35,592 nucleotides of DNA from positions 1 through 35,592 of the forward strand of contig JAKLIA010000001.1 of assembly GCA_022709865.1 (NCBI GenBank), in the 5' to 3' direction. Positions 8,282 to 15,460 of the stretch are shown here, piece by piece. The translations under genes were made by a program, and so were the position numbers. Every line of letters starts with the position of its first letter. Within the stretch, counting starts at the first letter, position 1. The notes under the pieces were generated by a model. The model did no database searches. It had not been told where the DNA came from and saw only the letters and a list, made by a program, of their open reading frames with translations. This DNA comes from Patescibacteria group bacterium. Lineage in GTDB: Bacteria > Patescibacteriota > Minisyncoccia > Portnoybacterales > GWB1-42-6.

Positions 8282-8310
8282 TTGGGATTTTTATTTTAAT
8301 GGTTTATACT
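8282..8310 (+). promoter_or_regulatory. Possible pcrA promoter (TTGGGA-N17-TATACT)
   Basis: The -10 TATACT at 8305..8310 ends 8 nt before the ATG at 8319, with no Shine-Dalgarno sequence. Confidence 0.3.
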
Positions 8311-8318
8311 TACTGCGT

Positions 8319-10271
8319 ATGATTTTAAAAGGACTCAACCAAAAACAGATCGAGGCGGTTTCACAAATCGCCGGACCCGTATTGATCATTGCCGGGCCAG
8401 GTTCTGGAAAAACTCGCGTTCTAACCCATCGCGTGGCCTATTTAATAAACCAAGGTATCCCGGCTGAGCAAATCTTAGCGGTCACTTTCACCAATAAAGC
8501 GGCCAACGAGATGAAAGACCGCATTGCCAAATTGATCGCCTTGCAGGCCAAGCGCGATTTTAAGATGCCTACTATCGGCACCTTCCATGCTGTTTGCGCC
8601 CAATTCTTGCGCCATGAAGCCAAGCACCTGGGCTATAAAAGCGACTTCATAATTTTTGATGCCGCCGACAGCAAGTCTATGATAAAAAAAGCGATGGCCA
8701 GCCTCGCTATTTCCGAAGACCAATTCAATCCCGCGGCCGTCGCTGAAACAATTTCGCAAGCCAAAAACGAATTAAAAAACGCGGCTACTTTTTCGGCTGA
8801 AGCTTATGATTTTTGGCCACAAACCGTAGCCAAGATATTTACCGCATATGAAGAACAATTGAAAAAGGCCAACGCTATGGATTTTGACGACCTCATCATG
8901 TTGATGGTCAAGCTTTGGCAAGAGAATCCCGATATCCTGAAAAAATACCAGGAAAAGTTCCGGTATCTGATGGTGGACGAATACCAAGATACTAACCACG
9001 CCCAATATCTTTTGATCAACCTTCTGGCGGCCAAATATAAAAATCTATTTGTCATCGGCGACGAAGCCCAATCAATTTATTCCTGGCGCGGCGCGGACTT
9101 CCGTAATATTTTAAACTTTGAAAAAGATTATCCGGAAGCCAAGGTTATTTTGCTGGAACAAAATTATCGCTCGACGCAAAATATTTTAAACGCCGCGCAT
9201 CAAGTTATAATTAAAAATAAAAATCGCAAAGAAAAAGAACTCTGGACGGAAAATCCGGCGGGGCACTTAATAACAATTTTTGGCGCGCAAGACGAGCGAG
9301 AAGAGGGGAGTTATATTATTAGCGAGATCCTCAAACTAAAAAGAACCCAGCCAAAATTAAAATTAAGCGACTTCACGGTGCTTTATCGCACCAACGCCCA
9401 ATCGCGAGCCCTGGAAGAAAGATTCTTAAAAGCCGGGCTGCCTTATAAAGTTGTGGGCACTTTAAAGTTCTACGACCGCCGCGAGATAAAAGATATGCTG
9501 GCTTATTTTCGCCTAGTCCAAAACCCCAGCGATGTGGTGGCGATGGAACGCATTATTAATGTGCCGGCTCGCGGTTTTGGCAAAGATGTTAATTGCCAAA
9601 AGTTAATTGGCTTAGGCCAAGGTCAATTATTAACTGACGCCACGCCCCAGCGCCGCCGCGCTTGGGATAAGTTTTCTAATTTGATGGACGAACTGCGCCA
9701 AGCCGCCCAAACTTTGCCGCTTAGCCAATTATTAAAATTAATAATTGATAAAACCGGCTACGAAGAATATATTAACGATAAAACCGAGGAAGGCCGCGAA
9801 CGCTGGGAAAATCTAAAAGAACTTTTCACGGTCACAAAAAAATATGATGTGATAGCCAAGTCCGATCTAGCCAGCGGTTTGCAACTATTTCTTGAAGAGG
9901 CATCTTTGATGTCCAACCACGACGAAGTTGTAACCGGGAAAGACTTAGTTAACTTAATGACCCTGCATTGCGCCAAGGGCTTGGAGTTTCCGGTGGTTTT
10001 TATGGCCGGAATGGAAGACGGCATTTTCCCTCATTCACGCAGCCTGATCGATTTTTCACAGATGGAAGAAGAGCGACGTTTGTGTTATGTCGGTATCACC
10101 CGCGCCAAAGACAAGCTTTATCTAATTGCCGCCCGGCTACGAAATCTTTTTGGCTCAACAACCGTGAATCCGCCTTCTAGATTTTTAAATGATATTCCGC
10201 CGCATTTGGTAGAACTAATAAACTTCAACGATGAAGAAACAGATGAAGACGGAATAGAATTGCCGTTCTAA
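8319..10271 (+). CDS. pcrA: UvrD/PcrA-type superfamily 1 ATP-dependent DNA helicase
   Basis: Motifs seen: LNQKQIEAV, Walker A IIAGPGSGKTRVL, FTNKAANEM, VDEYQDTN, QNYRST, TLHCAKGLEFPVVFM, EERRLCYVGITRAK. Start set at the ATG at 8319 (MILKGLNQKQ). The 27 upstream codons in the ORF track are AT-rich and hydrophobic and look non-coding. Confidence 0.9.
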   Translation: MILKGLNQKQIEAVSQIAGPVLIIAGPGSGKTRVLTHRVAYLINQGIPAEQILAVTFTNKAANEMKDRIAKLIALQAKRDFKMPTIGTFHAVCAQFLRHEAKHLGYKSDFIIFDAADSKSMIKKAMASLAISEDQFNPAAVAETISQAKNELKNAATFSAEAYDFWPQTVAKIFTAYEEQLKKANAMDFDDLIMLMVKLWQENPDILKKYQEKFRYLMVDEYQDTNHAQYLLINLLAAKYKNLFVIGDEAQSIYSWRGADFRNILNFEKDYPEAKVILLEQNYRSTQNILNAAHQVIIKNKNRKEKELWTENPAGHLITIFGAQDEREEGSYIISEILKLKRTQPKLKLSDFTVLYRTNAQSRALEERFLKAGLPYKVVGTLKFYDRREIKDMLAYFRLVQNPSDVVAMERIINVPARGFGKDVNCQKLIGLGQGQLLTDATPQRRRAWDKFSNLMDELRQAAQTLPLSQLLKLIIDKTGYEEYINDKTEEGRERWENLKELFTVTKKYDVIAKSDLASGLQLFLEEASLMSNHDEVVTGKDLVNLMTLHCAKGLEFPVVFMAGMEDGIFPHSRSLIDFSQMEEERRLCYVGITRAKDKLYLIAARLRNLFGSTTVNPPSRFLNDIPPHLVELINFNDEETDEDGIELPF

Positions 10272-10280
10272 AAAATACAT

Positions 10281-11078
10281 ATGGAGAGAGAAAATATAAA
10301 ACCAAATAAGCTTCTCGGCCAAAACTTTTTGCGCGATAAAAATGTTTTAGACAAAATTATCGCCGCGGCCAATTTAACTTCCAACGATACTATTTTGGAA
10401 ATAGGGCCGGGGGAGGGGATTTTAACCGAAGCGCTGGCCCAATCAGCCGGCCGCGTTATTGCCGTAGAAAAAGACCGAAACTTAGCAGCGCTGCTTAAAA
10501 TAAAATTAGCCGCGGCCAAAAACATAGAGATCGTTGAGGGCGATATTTTAGAATGTTTAAACAACGACTCTCTTTCTTTGCCTCAACCCTATAAAGTTGT
10601 TGCCAATATTCCTTATTACTTAACCTCGCATCTCATCCGCTTATTATTGGAAAGCGCCAAGCCGCCACAAGATATTATTTTAATGATCCAAAAAGAAGTG
10701 GCTAAGCGCATCTGTGCCAAAGTTCCGGAAATGTCGCTGCTGGCTGCAGCCACGCAATTTTATGCTACACCAAAAATTATCACTTCAGTTTCCAAAAATG
10801 CTTTCTGGCCTAAGCCCAAAGTTGATTCGGCTATAATAAAAATTACTCCGCATAATAACTATTCAAGCAAAATAAATACTAATTTATTTTTTAAAGTCGC
10901 CCACGCTGGCTTCAGCCATCCACGGAAACAGCTTTTAAATAATTTGAGCCAAGAACTAAAACTAAGCAAAGAAATAATTGCTACCGCGCTAGAAACCTCC
11001 GAAATAAAAAATAGCCAGCGCGCTGAAACGCTGACCGTTGAAGATTGGCTTACCCTGGCAAAAAATCTAGATCTTTAA
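10281..11078 (+). CDS. rsmA: 16S rRNA (adenine1518/1519-N6)-dimethyltransferase
   Basis: LGQNFLRD, SAM-binding ILEIGPGEGILTEAL, VANIPYYLTS, and a C-terminal helical domain ending RAETLTVEDW. Confidence 0.9.
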   Translation: MERENIKPNKLLGQNFLRDKNVLDKIIAAANLTSNDTILEIGPGEGILTEALAQSAGRVIAVEKDRNLAALLKIKLAAAKNIEIVEGDILECLNNDSLSLPQPYKVVANIPYYLTSHLIRLLLESAKPPQDIILMIQKEVAKRICAKVPEMSLLAAATQFYATPKIITSVSKNAFWPKPKVDSAIIKITPHNNYSSKINTNLFFKVAHAGFSHPRKQLLNNLSQELKLSKEIIATALETSEIKNSQRAETLTVEDWLTLAKNLDL

Positions 11079-11144
11079 CCCTTGAAGCATTTTATAAATA
11101 ATTGCTTCCACCGGCGCCCAATCGTCTGTAAAAATGGGCGCTTT
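11067..11144 (-). pseudogene. Relic 3' end (25 codons plus stop) of a spermidine-synthase-like gene
   Basis: The minus-strand translation KAPIFTDDWAPVEAIIYKMLQGLKI* matches the C-terminus of the intact 12847..14340 product (KAPIFTDDWAPVEKITYRMLKGLNL*) at 19 of 25 residues. A TGA lies immediately upstream in frame (11145..11147). The relic overlaps the last 12 nt of rsmA. Confidence 0.55.
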
Positions 11145-11145
11145 T
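11106..11145. repeat. Copy 1 of a perfect 40-nt direct repeat; also a terminator-like hairpin downstream of rsmA
   Basis: TTCCACCGGCGCCCAATCGTCTGTAAAAATGGGCGCTTTT is identical to 12886..12925. On the plus strand GCGCCCA (11114..11120) pairs with TGGGCGC (11135..11141) and is followed by TTTT. Confidence 0.9.
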
Positions 11146-11151
11146 CATTTA

Positions 11152-12801
11152 TTAGCGTGTAATCAACGAAATAATACAAATCGTTATATAAATAAAGAAA
11201 GCGCCAAAAATCGACTTTTCTTCATAGTCTCTCCGATTTATAAGCAAGAAAAAGATAATAGAAAAAATTAAAGAAGCGACCATAATGCCCTTTAGGCTTG
11301 TGAGCAAAGCGACTGCCAACAAAGCCAAAAATGCCAAAGCCGCGATAATTCTCTTGCCCCACAAGAGACCAAAAACAACCGGGATAGTATTAATATTATC
11401 TGCCTTATCGCCCTCGTAATCTTTTATGTCTTTTATGTTAACGCCTAATGTGAATCCAAAAAGTAACATGATAAGAACATTCTTAGGAAAATTGATCAAA
11501 GACTGTTGGGGAGAGACAAAGTAGAACCCCGCCATTGTTATAACCAGAGCATTAAGCCCAACCAATAAAGAGGAAAGACCAAAAGCCTGCTTAAGACGAA
11601 AAGGGGGGCTTGAATAGATAAAATAAACTCCCTGAAACAATAAAAGCAAGATCAAAACCCAGCAATTTATTAAAAGAGAACCGATTATAATAGCCACGAA
11701 TAAAAATAAATTAATTGCGTTTTGTTCTTTATCGGTAATTGTTTTTTTAACCAGCGGCCTATCCGGATTGCTAATGCTGTCTGTTTTTAAATCGGCTTGG
11801 TCATTAATTCCGACTGCCAGCCAGAAGCTTAAAGCCACTAAAACAAAGAAAATTAAAAGGCCTAAAAAATCAATAAAACCAAAGGAATAACCAAACAAAT
11901 AAAGAGAAAGGCCTAAAAACATTCCCAAAACACTCAAGGCCAAATAGTAAAGAACCCTTTCCCAGCGTAAATTGTTTAACCAGGGAAAAAATGACTGTTT
12001 ATTTTTTAAATAAAAAATCAGTCCGCCTTGGAAAAGAAGGACCAGCCATAATATCCGGCTGCATAAAATATCAAATTGCTGGTTAAAAAGCACTGCTCTG
12101 TTAGAAGACAAAACTTCTGAAAAATGTATAGTTTTTAACAGACTGCCAGAGAAGAGACTGCTTAAAACAAGAGAGAAAGCGCTAGAACCTCCATCCTGAT
12201 TCAAAGCTAAATAATTGCTGTGATCGAACAGGACAACTATAAAGCCAGGGAATGCGAGGTATATAAAAAAAACAATATAGCAAAAAAACGCGCCCAAAAT
12301 TGTTCTTTTTATATTCCGAGTTTTTAAATAGATTAAATAAGCAACGCCAGCTAGAACCAAAAAGATTTCAATTCTCATCCCTAAAGTAATTCCCGGATCA
12401 ACGAATTTTCCAAAAAAAGTCAGGAAATCAAAAAACGCTTCCCTGAAATTATTGAAAAAAAGATACGCGGTATTGGCGCCAGCCCCCCCGGTAAAAATTA
12501 GATCTACTATCGGCGGCAAGCACATTATTGGCGAAAAAAGAACCCCTAGATTTATTGCCTGTTTTATTTCTAACTTAGCAAAAAAAAGAATAGCTAAAAA
12601 CAATGAAGCAATAATTGAAATATAAAACAAAGGGATATGCAAAAAAACACCGGAAATCAAAGTAAACGAACTTTGGGGCCCTGTACTAGAAAAGTTCTCC
12701 AAAAAAATCCTAAGAAAAATTATCGAAAAAACCGTAGCCAATGATTTTGGCCAGCTTATTTCTCTGTTTATGGCCTGATTTATTATTTCTCTTAAGGTCA
12801 T
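11152..12801 (-). CDS. Polytopic membrane protein with a C-terminal UbiA-type prenyltransferase domain
   Basis: 549 aa, very hydrophobic throughout. First Asp-rich motif NDQADLKTD followed by RPL (aa 333-350). Second motif DIKDYEGD (aa 457-464). The spacing is typical of the UbiA superfamily. The first ~300 aa are an additional multi-TM region with no recognisable motif. Confidence 0.7.
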   Translation of the reverse strand: MTLREIINQAINREISWPKSLATVFSIIFLRIFLENFSSTGPQSSFTLISGVFLHIPLFYISIIASLFLAILFFAKLEIKQAINLGVLFSPIMCLPPIVDLIFTGGAGANTAYLFFNNFREAFFDFLTFFGKFVDPGITLGMRIEIFLVLAGVAYLIYLKTRNIKRTILGAFFCYIVFFIYLAFPGFIVVLFDHSNYLALNQDGGSSAFSLVLSSLFSGSLLKTIHFSEVLSSNRAVLFNQQFDILCSRILWLVLLFQGGLIFYLKNKQSFFPWLNNLRWERVLYYLALSVLGMFLGLSLYLFGYSFGFIDFLGLLIFFVLVALSFWLAVGINDQADLKTDSISNPDRPLVKKTITDKEQNAINLFLFVAIIIGSLLINCWVLILLLLFQGVYFIYSSPPFRLKQAFGLSSLLVGLNALVITMAGFYFVSPQQSLINFPKNVLIMLLFGFTLGVNIKDIKDYEGDKADNINTIPVVFGLLWGKRIIAALAFLALLAVALLTSLKGIMVASLIFSIIFFLLINRRDYEEKSIFGAFFIYITICIISLITR

Positions 12802-12846
12802 GGCTTTTTCTTATTGAAACTTTATAATATCTCAAAAAACTACGAA

Positions 12847-14340
12847 TTACAAGTTTAACCCTTTTAGCATTCTATAGGTAATTTTTTCCACCGGCGCCCA
12901 ATCGTCTGTAAAAATGGGCGCTTTTTTGTTCGCTTCATATGGCTCTATATAATCTTGAACATAAACAACAGCTGGCTTCAGATCTTCTGGCGCTAGTTTT
13001 ATAGCTCCTTCTAATTCATTTTTTATTGCTTCCAAAGAAGTGGCAGATCTGGTAGCTAAAATAATAAAATTACTACGCAATGGTATTTTATACACAGAAG
13101 GATAAACTGAAGCAATAGCATTTAAAACCGGACCTAAAAGTTCTTGATGACCTGGCGCAAAAACGTTCATCATTATAAACCCGTTCTGGCTAAGCCGCTT
13201 GCTAGTTAATTCAAAAAATTCTTGGGTCATAGTATAAAATGGGCTGTAGGGACCGCCTTGAAATAGGTCTATTTCGATCATATCGTATTGTTTCTGATTA
13301 TTGGATAAAAATGGGCGGGCATCGGCTTGCCAGATACTAAGGTTTTCGTTTTCTTTTAAACCAAATTGCTCCTTGGCAATGGCAATAATTTTGGGGTCAA
13401 TCTCCACGGCGTCAATTTTAATTTGCGGAGAAAATGCTTGGTGCTGTAAAACAGTAGAGCCGGCCGCCATGCCCAAAACCAACAAGCTGTCTACCGGTTT
13501 AATTAACGGACCAACCCCAAATAAGTTATTAAGGTAAGACCAATTATCACCGGAACTAATATTTGAATAGCCAGAATGCACCAATGAGTCCTGTTGAGAG
13601 TTTAAAGTTAGTAATATTTTTCCATCTCTATTAATAAGCCTTATCTGATTATACGCTGATTCAGTTTCTAAAATGACACCCTGGACTAGAACCGACGAAC
13701 TTAGAACCGCTAAAGAAATTAAAAAAAATAAAATCGGCAATAAAATTATTTTGCGGTCAACCATTAAAAATAATCCCACCAAAACCAAAAGGGAAATAAA
13801 AAAACAACCATAAAGAGTCAAACGAGAGCCAAAATAGGGGACCGACCAAAAAGTTGTTAAAAAAGTGCCTAAAATACTGCCTGCCGTTCCCCAGGCATAA
13901 ACTAATCCCGCTGCCTTGCCAGTTTTTTCTTGTTCCGACAAAATCTTAATTACCAAGGGAGAGACCGCAGCCAAGGCCACCATCGGAACGCAAAAAAGCA
14001 TTAATGATGCCGCTAACGTTCCCCAAACCGCGTCCCAAGAAGACAACCATTTTAAAATTGCCACATAAGAGAAAAGGTCAAAAAGCAAAAAAACAGCCAC
14101 AACCAAAAATAATTTATCTAGAAATCTTTTAGAACTTTCTCCTTGATTTTGTGGCAATTCTGCCAGCCAACCGCCTAAATAATATCCACCAGCCAACGCC
14201 GTTAAGATCAAACCAATCAAGCTTCCCCAAACATAAATTGAGGCGCCAAAATATGGTGCTAGAACCCGAGAACCCAAAAGTTCTAAAGACATTATCAAAT
14301 ATCCGGCGACAAAAACGACAAAAATCAATAATTTTTTCAT
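12847..14340 (-). CDS. Membrane-tethered spermidine synthase-like (aminopropyltransferase-fold) protein
   Basis: 497 aa. The N-terminal ~220 aa carry about 7 TM helices. The C-terminal domain has a SAM/dcSAM-type fold (LVLGMAAGST, VEIDPKIIAIAKEQF, ADARPFL, YDMIEIDLFQGGPYSPFYTMTQEFF). Confidence 0.8.
   Translation of the reverse strand: MKKLLIFVVFVAGYLIMSLELLGSRVLAPYFGASIYVWGSLIGLILTALAGGYYLGGWLAELPQNQGESSKRFLDKLFLVVAVFLLFDLFSYVAILKWLSSWDAVWGTLAASLMLFCVPMVALAAVSPLVIKILSEQEKTGKAAGLVYAWGTAGSILGTFLTTFWSVPYFGSRLTLYGCFFISLLVLVGLFLMVDRKIILLPILFFLISLAVLSSSVLVQGVILETESAYNQIRLINRDGKILLTLNSQQDSLVHSGYSNISSGDNWSYLNNLFGVGPLIKPVDSLLVLGMAAGSTVLQHQAFSPQIKIDAVEIDPKIIAIAKEQFGLKENENLSIWQADARPFLSNNQKQYDMIEIDLFQGGPYSPFYTMTQEFFELTSKRLSQNGFIMMNVFAPGHQELLGPVLNAIASVYPSVYKIPLRSNFIILATRSATSLEAIKNELEGAIKLAPEDLKPAVVYVQDYIEPYEANKKAPIFTDDWAPVEKITYRMLKGLNL
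12886..12925. repeat. Copy 2 of the perfect 40-nt direct repeat, inside the 3' end of the spermidine-synthase-like CDS
   Basis: Identical to 11106..11145, offset exactly 1780 nt. Here it encodes KAPIFTDDWAPVE on the minus strand. Confidence 0.9.
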
Positions 14341-14394
14341 ACTTTTTTATAAGAATACCACTTTAAATCACCGAAAGATAGGGAAGCCTTTCTT

Positions 14395-14403
14395 TGTGGA
14401 TAA
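14395..14403. promoter_or_regulatory. Perfect consensus DnaA box (TGTGGATAA, reverse complement of TTATCCACA)
   Basis: Exact 9-mer, 17 nt upstream of the -35 region of the T4SS-like operon promoter, in the divergent intergenic region. Confidence 0.4.
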
Positions 14404-14420
14404 ATAAAGACAAAAATCAA

Positions 14421-14449
14421 TTGTTGACATGCTTAAAATACTGTATAAT
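14421..14449 (+). promoter_or_regulatory. Promoter of the 13-gene operon (TATAAT -10 with overlapping -35-like hexamers)
   Basis: TATAAT at 14444..14449. TTGTTG at 14421..14426 gives a 17-nt spacer and overlaps TTGACA at 14424..14429 (14-nt spacer). Only 7 nt separate the -10 from the ATG at 14457, which suggests a leaderless mRNA. Confidence 0.45.
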
Positions 14450-14456
14450 TAAGCAA

Positions 14457-15449
14457 ATGACAAATACTAAAAATCACTCGCGAAAGATCAGTTTGCTTGT
14501 GGCAATTTTAATATTGCTAACCGGCGTTTTTTTAGGTGGTTATTTAGTCTTAAAAAGCGGCCAAGTCTCTGCCGGCCAGCTCAGCGATATTTTAAAAGGA
14601 ACCACCCTTGATGCCACAACTTGCCAACCAAATGCTAACGATGCTAATAAAGACTCTGATGATGATGGGTTAAAAGATTGGCAAGAACTTCAAGTTTATT
14701 TTTCTGATGCCTGCAAAACCGATACTGATGGCGACGGCTATTTTGATGGGGAAGAAGTTTCTTCTGGATATGACCCAGCTAAAAAAGCGCCGGGAGACGA
14801 ATTGCCAGGCACCACGCCAAAAACTCCGCGCCCCCTGCCCTCTAACTTAACCATCGCCTTGAAACAAAAACTTTCCGAACAGTTAACCCAAGACAAAATT
14901 AGCTCTTTTGGCGCTGACGGCAACTTGCTTTCTTCTAGTGAACTAGAGGAGTTTCCCGGCATCCAGCAATCGGTTTGGGAAATAACCCAACATAAAGATC
15001 AGTTTTTTGCTCCAGACCCTATTGATGAAAATCAAATAAAAACGACTACCGATAATAGCCGGGGGTCTATCCAGCGCTACGCAGAAAAAGCCGCCGCCGC
15101 TATTCCGTCTTTATCAGAAAACCCACCAGTCGAAGAAACAGAAGCTGCTCTTTTTTTAACCGCTGTCCAAAACAACGATTTTTCCGAGTTAAATAGCATC
15201 TTATCGGTTTGCCAAACCGCTTATGCTAACTTAAAAAATCTCAATGTAGCCGTACCAACCGATTTATTATCTACTCATAAAGAGCAGTTAAATATGCTTT
15301 CCAGCTTAATTAAAATATATCTAGCAATAAAAGATATTAACACCGACCCGTTAAAAGCCAATCTTGCGATACAAGAATATGAAATAGTTTCTCTAGAAAT
15401 GAGCAACTGGCTGAAAAATGTTTCTAATATTATCTCCACACATCCATAA
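14457..15449 (+). CDS. Membrane-anchored secreted protein with thrombospondin-type-3-like Ca-binding repeats; first gene of the T4SS-like operon
   Basis: Start set at MTNTKNHSRK, because the ORF-track start at 14394 would overlap the promoter and DnaA box. TM anchor ISLLVAILILLTGVFLGGYLVL. Two Asp-rich loops (DSDDDGLKDWQE and DTDGDGYFDGEE). The remaining ~220 aa look helical with no known motif. Confidence 0.6.
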   Translation: MTNTKNHSRKISLLVAILILLTGVFLGGYLVLKSGQVSAGQLSDILKGTTLDATTCQPNANDANKDSDDDGLKDWQELQVYFSDACKTDTDGDGYFDGEEVSSGYDPAKKAPGDELPGTTPKTPRPLPSNLTIALKQKLSEQLTQDKISSFGADGNLLSSSELEEFPGIQQSVWEITQHKDQFFAPDPIDENQIKTTTDNSRGSIQRYAEKAAAAIPSLSENPPVEETEAALFLTAVQNNDFSELNSILSVCQTAYANLKNLNVAVPTDLLSTHKEQLNMLSSLIKIYLAIKDINTDPLKANLAIQEYEIVSLEMSNWLKNVSNIISTHP

Positions 15450-15460
15450 AAACGTTTTCT

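Noticed and set aside
14394-14456. N-terminal extensions proposed by the ORF track (14394 for operon gene 1, 4905 for the DksA-like gene, 8238 for pcrA, TTG at 8209 for the M23 peptidase).
   Set aside because: The extensions run through promoter-like elements, a terminator T-run or a DnaA box, and encode implausible AT-rich peptides. Internal ATGs give N-termini typical of the families. The choice remains unverified without TSS or proteomic data.
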